A stretch of 64,000 nucleotides of DNA, taken from Macrostomum hystrix. Lineage: Eukaryota; Animalia; Platyhelminthes. How positions within the stretch are numbered: the first letter of the stretch is position 1; each line of letters starts with the position of its first letter. A model generated the notes under the pieces. It worked only from the letters and a program-made list of their open reading frames with translations. It did no database searches and was not told the origin of the DNA. Positions 46,154 through 56,556 of this stretch are shown here, piece by piece. The DNA lies in assembly GCA_950097015.1 (NCBI GenBank), contig CATNEN010000038.1:2356001-2420000 (forward strand). The letters are read 5' to 3'. The position numbers and the translations under genes were made by a program.

Positions 46154-47770
46154 GACAGAGCAGATCTACTTCCACTGGATGTGAACAATTTGTACGGAGT
46201 TGCTCTCTCAATGTCATTACCAGTCGGAGGATTCAGCTGGGTTGACGAAGAATTTCTCTCAACATGGACTGCCGACGTCTTCTTGAATCTTAGCGACGAC
46301 TCGCCGGTCGGCTATCTGCTCGAAGTTGACCTGCAGTACCCAGATAACATTCACGAGAAGACTCAAGACCTGCCATTAGCGCCTGAGAAGGGTGTAGTTT
46401 CCTTCGACGACTTTCCCGACTACATGAAGCAGCTCTGGCAGCAACTCAATCCGGATGGAAAATCGTACCATGGTTGCCATAAGTTGCTCTTGACCTGCTT
46501 TGACAAGGAGCGCTACGTCGTGCACTCAAATGTTCTCAAGTTCTACCTTCAGTATGGGATGCGCATCCAGCGGATCCACAGAGCAGTGCAGTTCAACCAG
46601 AAGCCTGTCTTTGCGCCGTACATACATAAAAACAGTGAGCGCCGCGCAAATGCCAGCAATGACTTTGAGCGAAACTACTACAAGTTGAAGAACAATTCGC
46701 TTTTCGGGAAGACGATGGAAAATGTTCGAAAAAGAAGAGACGTCAGAATTTGCACCAATGATCAGCAGGCCAGAGTCTTGGCTTCGAAGCCTACTCTGAA
46801 GGACTTCATCATCGTGAACGAAGATCTCTCCGTGTTCCAACTGGCCAAGACAAGTGTCCAGCTGGATCGCCCCGTGTACATCGGACAAAGTGTCCTTGAC
46901 AACTCAAAGTTGGTAATGTACAAACTGTTCTACGAAGAGCTGAAGTCGCGCTTTGAGAGCAATGCTGCCAGAGTGACACTGTGTGGAGGTGACACAGATT
47001 CGCTCTTTCTGTGTCTCGAGAATCTAGATGTCGAGCACTATGTCCTACCAAAGATGATGGAGTCCGGCCTGCTAGATACCAGCAATTACCCGGTGCACCA
47101 CCCGCTCAAGTCAGACCGACTGAAGGCCAAGCTCGGCTGCCTGAAGGATGAATCAGCTGGTGAAAAGTTCAAACAGTGGATCTTGCTTCGTCCCAAGCTG
47201 TACTCTATGCTTGCTGATGAGGGCGGAGGCAGAATCAACAAGAAGGTGGCAAAAGGAGTTCAGAGATCTGTTGTGCGCACCGAGATCAGTCATCAGAACT
47301 ACGTGGATGCATTTTATGCCCTTCAAGAGCTGACAGTCCGTGTCCGTCGCATCGGCAGCATACACCACAGAGTGTTCACCATCGAGCAATCCAAGCGAGC
47401 ACTGACTGTCTGGGAAGACAAGCGAGCCTCCAGCTCGTACTTCGTCCGCATGTCCTTGAAGGGAGCCGACAGCTGGCCGTCTATCCATGATGCGTTGTGC
47501 CACAGCTTCTTCCACAGCGGTGGGGTCAGCGGTACGGCGTTACGCTTCATGAACTCCTCGCAGCAGTCCTCAGGCAGCCGCTTGAGCCAGATGATGCCGT
47601 CCCTGACTTCGATAAACTTATCAAAGCCTAGTTTCACCACCTTGCACTCGCTTTTGAGAGCAGACACTACGAGCGACCGCTTCAGTTGCTTCAGCTTTTC
47701 CCATTGGCAAACATTCAGGTTGAAGCCAGGGACGCCAGGTTTCAGACTTGCAGTGCTGCCGTGGCGGTAG
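43204..47770 (+). CDS. polB: Protein-primed family B DNA polymerase (pPolB), probably spliced, native C-terminus replaced
   Basis: ExoI YADFE, ExoII FHNLAGYD, ExoIII YLELD; motif A DVNNLYG, motif B KLKNNSLFGK, motif C GDTDS; KDE, RPKLY and KGV motifs; endonuclease VII-like CHYC..DHDHLTG..CADCN. The main exon starts at 43836 and a putative upstream exon spans 43204-43579. Recognisable homology ends at WEDKR (~47425). Confidence 0.93.
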
Positions 47771-47844
47771 AACTTTCTTATCGCTATGTACTTCAAGCCT
47801 TCGTACTCTTGAATCTGAATCTTATAACCGTCGCAGATGTCCAT
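47323..47844 (-). CDS. PC4/Sub1-like ssDNA-binding protein (two PC4-like units)
   Basis: IQEYEGLKYIAIRKFY..LKPGVPGFNLNVCQWEKLK matches the PC4 pattern (F.GK..IDIREY..KPG.KGISL...QW..LK). A second degenerate unit ends AVPLTPPLWKKL. Confidence 0.8.
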   Translation of the reverse strand: MDICDGYKIQIQEYEGLKYIAIRKFYRHGSTASLKPGVPGFNLNVCQWEKLKQLKRSLVVSALKSECKVVKLGFDKFIEVRDGIIWLKRLPEDCCEEFMKRNAVPLTPPLWKKLWHNASWIDGQLSAPFKDMRTKYELEARLSSQTVSARLDCSMVNTLWCMLPMRRTRTVSS

Positions 47845-48991
47845 CGCTAGCTAATGTCAAAAGCTAAGATCAGAAAAATTACGAGCTGAGAAAACTTGCT
47901 CTTTTCCTAACGATTTTTGAGGGCTTATATACCATCCAAAATGTGTGCTCGATTCTGATTGGCTAGAGTTGGGGTGGGTGTTTGTCCTGTGATGGAGCTT
48001 AAACTAGATATGTAGTTTAGTAGGATTAGACGCCACACCCTACACTTACCCCAATGCCTTCCTCCTCTGTTCTGAGATTGTCGGCACCCCTCCAAACTCC
48101 AAAATACACTGCCGGGCAACCTCCTATCTCCGCAGTGTCGGCAGGGTTCTGCTATAGCAGATAGGTCGGCATCCCATCAGTTCATTCATGCACTGTGACA
48201 CAGGCACACACCCTCCCGATGCCTCCCAACCCTCCAGTATCGGATTGGGTGCCACACCCCACCCAACCCCAATGCTTTCTTCCTATCTTCTTCCTCCTCT
48301 AGCTGTACCCAGTGTAAAGAGATTGGCTGCAAAGGCAGAGTTACTAATAGTGGGGGGGGGGCAAAGCCCCCCCACACCCCCTACAAAGGCTGAATGCTCA
48401 TTGTCTTAGCCTTTTACACTCTTGTACTGAAGAACTACTCACTACATTTTTACGCCATTTCTTAAGTGCGGCAGAGTTGAACTGAGTACTCATTAGCGCT
48501 ATCCAATTCTCTCCTCTGGCTTTATCAATATATTTGGCTTTTGCCAAGGTTGCGACCGCTCCAAAATAGCTCACCAGTGCTGTGGAAAAAATACTAACTT
48601 TACACAAATTGAACATTGTTTTAAAGAACAATGGGTTTTTCAGTTGGTAAAAAATGTGGGGGCTTCGCCCCCACACCCCAGCAAACCATAGCCCGTGTGC
48701 GTGCGGCCCACTCTCTGCAGCGCGCCTGACCATCTTCCACTGTTATCTGCTTTCCCACTTGCGAGTCACAGCCATATCACCGCTAAAAAATAAAATCTCT
48801 TACCTGGCTGGCGCTCCAGTGCAGGTGGGGCAGAACGCATACCCTCTAACCTGATTGGCTCAGCCATCCTTCCTATCCTTTTTGCATTGCCGCCTATCCC
48901 CCCACAGTGCAAGTGCGTCAGAGTTGAACTAACCCTCTTCTCATTTAGTGTTCAGGGGAGGGGAAAACGTGTAGGCCTGTGCTAAGTTTAG

Positions 48992-49129
48992 CCAATGCAA
49001 AGAGATAGGCCGGCCTCTCCTCCTATCCCAGCTGTGTTAACCCCTCCCCAATGCAAAGAGATAGGCCGGCCTCTCCTCCTATCCCAGCTGTGTTAACCCC
49101 TCCCCAATGCAAAGAGATAGGCCGGCCTC
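48992..49129. repeat. ~56-bp tandem repeat internal to the right TIR, ~2.5 copies
   Basis: CCAATGCAAAGAGATAGGCCGGCCTCT... occurs three times. Confidence 0.9.
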
Positions 49130-49562
49130 TACTATCTACATGCATTAGGCCACCCTCCTATCTCCGCAGTGTCGGCAGGGTTCTGCTATAGCAGATAGGC
49201 CGGCATCCCATCAGTTCATCCCTGCACTGTGTACACAGGCACCCACCAACCCCATGCCTCTACACCCTCCAGTCTCGTATTGGACGACACACCCCACCCC
49301 ACCCCAATGCTTTCCTCCTATCCCATTTCTCCTCTGTTCTGAGATTTTCGGCGCCCCTCCACACTCCAAAATACACTGGCGAGATAGCCTCCTATCTCCG
49401 CAGTGTCGGCAGGGTTCTGCTAACTCCTACTACTCTCGTAGTTTACGTATATCGCAAACATAAAAGTTTGATCTCTGGTCTTTGTAGCGATTGAATCATG
49501 TGCATTGCAATAAGAATATATATTTCCCTAGATGTGGTGTCAACTACTGTACTGAAGTCAAG

Positions 49563-51257
49563 TCAGAACAAAAACCGCAAGAGAAGCAGCCAAGGCACAA
49601 AAACCGACACCAGTGAGCTCAATGAAATCATCATTGACGAGTTGCTTAAGCAGTGCTTCTCAGCTGCATAATCACCAACGCAGAGTGAGTGCTTAATGAC
49701 GTGAGCAATGTAAGACTGCTCGTGAGTGGCGTGAAACAGGTGCGCTCCGGGCCCTCTGGCATAGATTGGAACGTCCTCTCCACCGTGCGATTCCGAAGAA
49801 AACTTGACTAAGGACTGCGTCCTGAAGGTTGGACTCTGCGTGTCGACATCCGTAAGGTTCGCTCGGGGACCGTTCGCGACAGCCGAAGGACCGTCACCGT
49901 AGTACAGAGGTGTGTACGGCATGCCATCACCAGCTAGAACTTCTCCTTTGCTGTTGGCCCTGTCACTGTTGACGTCAGTAATCTTGCCAAATATAGGCTG
50001 TCCTCTGACACCATAGCCGCCGAGGGAGAAAACGTGTCCGTGATCGGCTGTAACCACAGTCAGAGTCTCATTCGACTGAGTCAACTCACCGGCTGCCACA
50101 ATGGCTTTGTCGAATGCTACGAGATCGACAATAGACTTTTGCGCCAAGTTTTCATGATGGCCGTGATCGATTCGTCCACCCTCAACAAGGAGAGCAAAAC
50201 CGTTAGGATTCAGCTTCAATATTTCGATAGCTTTCTTCGTCATCGCCTCCAGCGTTGGCTCCTTCTGATTCTTCTGGTTGTCTACGTCGTACTGAAGATT
50301 GCTAGTGGCGAATAAGCCGAGGTATGCAGAAGTGGCATCGATAGCAGCATTCTGAAGATCGTGAGGACTTTCTAAGTAGACCGCTCGACGTCCAAGCACA
50401 GCCTGTCGCTGCTTCCATTGCTCCACCAAGTCCACTGAGTCGCTCCGACTTCCTCGAACCAATCTGCCTGTAACTGCGTCAAGCGTGGTAGCGTTACTGG
50501 GAAGGAACTTCAGGCGACCGCCGCCAAAGATCACGGTGTAGTTAATCGCGTTGTTGACCAACTGTTCAGCAATGTCTGGGCACATCCACCTGACAGAGGC
50601 GTCTTTGACGTCATCGTTTCTAGCCGTGTCGTCTTCCCAATCTCGCGAGGCCGTATGCGAGTAGGCCGCGCCTGGAGTAGCGTGAGTGATCCTCGTTGTC
50701 GTGACGATACCGACCGACTTTCCCAGCTTCTGCGCCTCGTCCAGAAATGACCACACATAGTGCTCCCGAAGCTGCGAAGTGCAGTTGCTGGTTGTCACGA
50801 GCTCGTTCAAGCCCATCGTCCCTGACTTGGCCTTCACTCCGCACAGGAAGGCGGTGGCAGTTCCGGCGCTGTCCGGTGTCTGCATGTCCGTGTTGTACGT
50901 CTTTGACAGGCCGGTGTGGGGGTACCGCTCGAACTCCAGGATTGCCTCCTCGCCACTCTTGCCGTTGAGCTGACCCTTGAGAATGCGACCAGCGGTGACT
51001 GACGTTATGCCCATGCCGTCTCCGAGGAAGAGGATGGCATTCTTTGCACGATTTTCCTTAGTCTGTCGTAGCACATCGTAGGCCGTCCTGAGATCCTCTC
51101 TAGCCTTCGCAGTCCAGTGCTTGGGATCGGAACGTTGTGCCGACGGCTTCATAGGCTCCTTCAGGTTATTTTTGCTCACTCGATGTGGCAAGCCGAAGCT
51201 GATATGGCAGCTAACCAGAATGCAGGCTGACAGAATAAGAAGTGTTTTGTGCCTCAT
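49563..51257 (-). CDS. ALP: Alkaline phosphatase, intronless, GPI-anchor-type
   Basis: Same catalytic motifs as the other copy. The C-terminus SNSSMMISLSSLVSVFVPWLLLLRFLF has small residues followed by a hydrophobic tail. Confidence 0.96.
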   Translation of the reverse strand: MRHKTLLILSACILVSCHISFGLPHRVSKNNLKEPMKPSAQRSDPKHWTAKAREDLRTAYDVLRQTKENRAKNAILFLGDGMGITSVTAGRILKGQLNGKSGEEAILEFERYPHTGLSKTYNTDMQTPDSAGTATAFLCGVKAKSGTMGLNELVTTSNCTSQLREHYVWSFLDEAQKLGKSVGIVTTTRITHATPGAAYSHTASRDWEDDTARNDDVKDASVRWMCPDIAEQLVNNAINYTVIFGGGRLKFLPSNATTLDAVTGRLVRGSRSDSVDLVEQWKQRQAVLGRRAVYLESPHDLQNAAIDATSAYLGLFATSNLQYDVDNQKNQKEPTLEAMTKKAIEILKLNPNGFALLVEGGRIDHGHHENLAQKSIVDLVAFDKAIVAAGELTQSNETLTVVTADHGHVFSLGGYGVRGQPIFGKITDVNSDRANSKGEVLAGDGMPYTPLYYGDGPSAVANGPRANLTDVDTQSPTFRTQSLVKFSSESHGGEDVPIYARGPGAHLFHATHEQSYIAHVIKHSLCVGDYAAEKHCLSNSSMMISLSSLVSVFVPWLLLLRFLF

Positions 51258-52746
51258 TTTTTCAAGAACTAAAAACACAGCTCTCTAGATGCTTTAGAGC
51301 AAAATGGTTTTGCAGCAATGTCGTTGCTTTAAAAATGATTCAGGATGGTGCTGCTTATATAAACGTTTTCCCCGTTTGGCACTTTGTCCGAGGTCAGGAG
51401 AAATCAGCCAGTCATGCTGTGGCCGCCTGAGCGCAGCAGCCTGCTGGTTCGGCCCGTCACTTGCTCCCATTGATTGCCCGGTTTTTTTGCGAAAACTGGT
51501 TCTCAACACCTGTGCAGCCATAAGTGACGAGTTGGTTTCATATCTAGATGAGAGACAGGAGTGAGGAGATGAGAGACAGAGAGGGAGAGATAAGGCCGAT
51601 AATATTGATCAAAGAATTTCTGCCACCAGCTTAACTTCTGATAGCCTGACTGTATGGCTGGCTCCAAAAAGGGCATGCCAAATCGCTTATCTGTTGGGTT
51701 TTTCAGCTTGTTTCACCAAGCATTTCACTTCATGGTGAGGAATCGGACCAAACCACAGAGCAGAAACCAAGGGCTTCTGCTAACCCGGTGGAGAACTGTG
51801 CTACCATCGTGAGCTGATTCTGTCAAAGTGAAATCGAATTCTACCAATATGAGAGTATTTAAAAAACATTCCTGACTTCGATTTTTAGGATCCTGAAAAC
51901 CAAATTTATTTAGCAAAATATTTTTTGATCTGGATAAAATCTAGTTTTGTGAAACGCTTGCAGCATGACCTGTAAAACAATGAGCTTGTAATTGACTGCT
52001 TAACTCGTTTTCCAGGAAGTATGGCAATTTTACAAATAAGAAAAAACTATACAGACAGAAATTATGACTTATGATTCAATACCTAATGTCGAATTTAATT
52101 CACAAATCTACGAAAAATATGTATTAAAACATGAAACCTAAATAAAAAAACTGTTTTGCTGCAGCGGAATGCATTGGGCTGAGGTAACACAAATACTCGT
52201 AGAAACAGAACTCCTTGCCGAAGCTTAATAGTCTATGATATTGTATGGGAAAATATGCAAAATGAGTTCAAAGCTTCAAGCGTTAGCTTTGTAAAGACTT
52301 TTGAATAAAAACCTGAAAATAATGGTTTTTTAACCCCTGAAAAGAGCTGTTTTTGCTCGTTGTAAGTTGTTGCTTCACTAACCGTGAATATGCGCTTTTT
52401 CTGCTCCCGCATTCGCACCTTACGGACAGAGCCCAGAAGAGGATAGGTCGTCAGCTGCCACACCGATCAGCATCAGTAGCGAGTCCACCGTGGCCAGGTC
52501 CCGCAGGTAGCGGAATTCCCGATCTCGATGCGGAACTGCTGGCAGCCACCTGGCTGAGGCCGCGGCGAATGCATCCGACTCGAATTTGAGCACCTGTGCC
52601 GAGCTGCTGCTGCTGCTGCTGCTGTGATTGGCTGACTCAGCTTTCCGCAGCGAGATCAAGATGTACATTCGCTTCAGGCTGGACTTCAGATGCAGAATAG
52701 CCTTCTCAAGGTGGCTGCTGAGCCGGCGGCTGAAGAAAATTTTGGT

Positions 52747-52930
52747 GTTGTGTGCTCCGAGTGAGAATGAGCTGCGAAGGTGGTGTTGTGTGCTCCGAGT
52801 GAGAATGAGCTGCGAAGGTGGAGTTGTGTGCTCCGAGTGAGAATGAGCTGCGAAGGTGGAGTTGTGTGCTCCGAGTGAGAATGAGCTGCGAAGGTAGAAT
52901 TGTGTGCTCGGACTGAGAATGAGCTGCGAA
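52747..52930. repeat. 38-bp minisatellite, ~5 copies
   Basis: GTTGTGTGCTCCGAGTGAGAATGAGCTGCGAAGGTGG(A/T) at 38-bp spacing. Confidence 0.95.
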
Positions 52931-53256
52931 ATGCGAGAAAAAGACTGGGACAATAAGCGTAGTAGCTAGCTTGTGGAGGTTGTGGCACATTGGATAAAGC
53001 TTGAGACTCTGGACCAGGAGATCCGTCGTTCGAATTTCGCATGACTTCCATTTCAGTCGCTGTTTGACTGTTTCAACCCAGGGTAGGAGTTCTATTTGGT
53101 GTGACGGCCTCCCAGTCCAAGGACTGAACAGTTGTACACAGCATTTGGAAACGACTCACATTAGCTGTGCAACTGGCTATGCGTTTGAGCAGTTGAGTAG
53201 AGACGGACTGGACGGCAGCTTTTACATCAGATGAGAAGTGATAAAAAGCCAGCAGC

Positions 53257-53688
53257 TCACCCGATATCGTCTACCGCCGCCGTCTCCAGCAATTTTATTC
53301 GCCCGGCGATCAGTGTCGAAGCAACGAGCCTCCGAAAATGCAGCAAGCCGTAGGCCGTCGGGCCTGGAAGCAGTTTGTCAATGTTCCGAGCCAGACTGCT
53401 CTGGAATTGAATCCACCGAGCGTTCAGAGCTTTTCCTCGGAGCCGTTGGCTCGACTTGGCAGCTCGCTTGTAGTCGATAAGGCGGTCGGTTGCGTCCCTC
53501 AGGTGTTTCCGGGTGAAGGCGCAGGAATACAGCCCAATGTTTAACGCCGGAATATTCAAGGAGACAGCCGCTTGAGCCCTGCTCACAACCCGATCCCAGC
53601 TGAGCAAACTGTCGACTCCTTTGAGCAGACTGACCACTGCCGCTAGAAGCAGAAGGCTGCGAAGGCTGGTGCTCTGCGATGGTGCCAT
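53257..53688 (-). CDS. First exon of a hypothetical secreted or membrane protein
   Basis: AAAATGG start, signal-peptide-like LLLLAAVVSLLKG and donor GG/GTGAGC near 53261. Probable further exons run down to ~52420. Confidence 0.5.
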   Translation of the reverse strand: MAPSQSTSLRSLLLLAAVVSLLKGVDSLLSWDRVVSRAQAAVSLNIPALNIGLYSCAFTRKHLRDATDRLIDYKRAAKSSQRLRGKALNARWIQFQSSLARNIDKLLPGPTAYGLLHFRRLVASTLIAGRIKLLETAAVDDIG

Positions 53689-54589
53689 TTTATCGTCATT
53701 GGGCTTCTTTTTCCAGTTTCGAGAGGCCTATTTATGTCCTGATGGATGCTCTAATTTTTCTTTTGGAATTTCCAGGCGAAGCTTTGAGGATTGAAATTTG
53801 CGGTGCGGAAGCGGGGCTACAATACTAAAAATAGAGCCATTAATAATCGTGCAGCCACCCCAGGGATGCTGGGCAGGGACACCCGGCTCTGGCGGATTGT
53901 TTCAGTCCTCTTACAATTGTCGCGCAGTCTGCTTGCGTAGGGACTATTGTTGTTTGGGGATTTCCAGCCTAAAGTACAGCCTAGAGCAGCAGTTCTGCTG
54001 TTTTCCGCGCCGCATCGGGGATTCTCATTTCCAAGAAAAAGCTTGGATGGCGGATCTGAACTTGGTCCGGAGTTCGACTCTCATCCCAAGGGAAAGACAT
54101 TTTATCTTTGAGCAGCGCACTTAATTCGCCATTGCTCAGATTCACCAAGATGCAAATTTCAAATCATAGTAAGAGTTTTTATTGCTTGGCAAAAACTGGA
54201 CCGTATCATTGTGTCTCTCGTGCAGGAGCGTGCGGCTCGTACAATGCAGATATGTTAAGAAAATGGATATGCTGTGTATGTATTTAAATTTTCAAAACAG
54301 AGGCATTTAAATGTTCACTATTATAATAGCCCAACTGGTTGCAAATATAAACATTAAGCACAATCTCAGCTCTTAGGCCTTAGCCGCAGCAGAGGCCTTC
54401 CTAAACACGGTGAAGCCTTAACTCAATAGACAGTATGAGTATCATCATGTGAGTTTATAAAGCAGAATATTTTATTGTAGGAATGCAATAAGCAATCTAT
54501 ATATCATATAAATTCATTTTTCATCGTACAAAAATGTGCACATGAACCTCTCACAACCCCTTACTTGCCTCATGTATTGGTACAACAAG

Positions 54590-54812
54590 ACGGGTTTGTA
54601 GCCTAGTAGTCGGACTTGTGACTTCAAAGCCGGGGTTCGATTCCCGACTCCAATTTGAGTACTTTAGCAAGACACTTAACTCAGCATTGCTTCGGTTCAC
54701 CCAACTATTGGGAGCTGGGATAATTGAGGGTGGTTGTGTCGTCCCCCCAGTCCATGGACTAGACAGCCGTACGCTGCCTTCAAATGCGCCGCGCAACATA
54801 TCTGTTGAATAA
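54590..54812 (+). mobile_element. tRNA-derived SINE family B (CORE-like body)
   Basis: A-box-like TAGCCTAGTAG, perfect B box GGTTCGATTCC, then CTTTAGCAAGACACTTAACTC resembling the CORE-SINE core. Confidence 0.6.
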
Positions 54813-55776
54813 TTGCTATGTCGCTATTCTCAAATAGTTACTTCAAGTACAGTAGTTAGTATAGTACGAGTATAGCTAGCTAGTGCAAATTAAATTGTTC
54901 AACGAATGCAGTGAGATTGAGCTGCTATTTCGCATTTTAAGATTGTGCTAATTTCAGCGCACAAGTATCATAATTGCTATTTATTTATACATCCAACGTC
55001 ATTTTAATACGAATTACTATTATCAAGGAAGAGTGGCTACAGTTTCCAGGAAAATAAATATATAATACCTAATAATAACTAATTATACAAATGCTAATTT
55101 TGCTTGCTAAATAATTTTTCTCTTCTAGCTGTCTTCCTATGATCCGCAACATCTCTGATTCAGCTTGCTAAAAATAGACTTTACTCAAGCACCTTCTGGC
55201 GAGCTGCTCAAAAATATATATAATACAGGTTCATAAAGTAAACAGAGAAATGATGCACATCTTCCAGCGTACGTGCCTTTTACATCACCCGAGCCTTTAA
55301 ACATCCTTGTCAGTGTATAGGTAATGATGTCGAAACTCGACAGCGAAAACAGGTAAAAATGTTAAAGAATATTGCGAGTAATAAAATTTATAGAGACATA
55401 GGGGTAGACAGTAAGCGCATTGCTAAAAAATACTAAAATACATCTAATATGTATTTCTAAGTTACTAAGAATAAAGATGACGTTTGCATTACCTGATTAT
55501 CAGAATCCAACGAATGTATTAAATAAAATGAATCTTGAAAGTACAGATCTGCATGAAAGTTGATCTCCCCATGAAGTAGATTAATTAATTTCTAGTAGTC
55601 TTCGAAGGAATACAGTTTACCCAGTTTCGAGTTTTTCTTTGTAAATGTATTGCTGATTCTCAATGTAATTAACATGTTGACGCAACATTAGCGTAGCCTG
55701 GGGTAACAAGGGACCGGCCCCAATGTCTTGCGTCAATCTTAGTCAATGTCTTCGTCGTTAAGAACGTCAGTTGCGA

Positions 55777-56556
55777 TCAAAGCTCGGTAACCTCATTTTC
55801 TTCTGTAGCCTCCCAAAATTCCGCGGTTTCACTCAGCCCGCGAATGGTCTCTGAAGCAGCGATTCCGGGCGCATCTCTCGTTGTCGGCACAGCGACATCA
55901 CTTCTAGCCACAGTAAACTCACTGGTTGGCGCATCGGGCGAAGTCTGATCCGAGTCTGGAGAAGGACTCGGCGAAGACCGGTTCGGCGTGCCGGCGCCTT
56001 CTGGACTCGAGCCGTTGCTAGGCGGAACTCCGCAACCGAGTTCGATGGTGTTTGATACCTGACTGTCTCGATCCTCGACGGCTGTCTCTCGCGGCGTCTG
56101 TTGAATCAAGCTGGACCGACCCAGGCCACTGTCGATGGCTCGTTGCAGGTTTCTCCTTCGAATTGTCACACTGCCGTCAATCTGGGCTTCCGCTGCCGCT
56201 CTGAGAACCTCTTCCAGCAGTTCAAGGGGCGGCACACTCCTGCCCTGAGAAACGTCGACGAATTTTCTCAAGCTGAATTCCAGGACTTCCTGCGTCTGCC
56301 CTGTCAGGTTACTAACCAACTGAGCAAGATCGAACAGCAGGCGCAGGCAGACGGGGGGGAATTTGTTGCTTCTATAAAGGAAGCGATCTTCTATCAGCTC
56401 CCGGTACATAAGCAGGTCCTCAGGCTTTGTAACGTCGAACTGAGTAATGAACTCTTTTAAATCGTTGACGTAAGTCTGATTGTCTTCAAATAGCAGGCAG
56501 CTGCAGTTAAATAAGAGTTGCAAGTCTTCAGTCACGGGCGGGGCAGCGGCGGCCAT
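55777..56556 (-). CDS. Orphan family member 1 (helical N-domain, DSG degron, C-terminal TEL)
   Basis: GCCATGG start and an intronless ORF with visible similarity to the 58909-59762 product. Confidence 0.7.
   Translation of the reverse strand: MAAAAPPVTEDLQLLFNCSCLLFEDNQTYVNDLKEFITQFDVTKPEDLLMYRELIEDRFLYRSNKFPPVCLRLLFDLAQLVSNLTGQTQEVLEFSLRKFVDVSQGRSVPPLELLEEVLRAAAEAQIDGSVTIRRRNLQRAIDSGLGRSSLIQQTPRETAVEDRDSQVSNTIELGCGVPPSNGSSPEGAGTPNRSSPSPSPDSDQTSPDAPTSEFTVARSDVAVPTTRDAPGIAASETIRGLSETAEFWEATEENEVTEL

Larger units (their letters stand above)
40149..49434 (+). mobile_element. Polinton/Maverick-type element, 9,286 bp, lacking integrase and morphogenesis genes
   Basis: Termini are AGTAGT...ACTACT. 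TIRs span 40149-40429 and 49154-49434. There is a perfect 6-bp TSD CTCGTA (40143-40148; 49435-49440). It encodes a protein-primed PolB. Confidence 0.95.

Noticed and set aside
47426-47770. Novel C-terminal domain of PolB
   Set aside because: It is simply the antisense reading of the PC4-like gene.
40149-49434. Casposon, pipolin or free adenovirus-like contaminant
   Set aside because: There is no cas1 or recombinase. AGTAGT ends with a 6-bp TSD in host DNA indicate an integrated Polinton.
54590-54660. Functional tRNA gene (also the heads at 31196, 32361 and 38682)
   Set aside because: A and B boxes are present, but I could not fold a complete cloverleaf. Each head continues into a SINE-type body.
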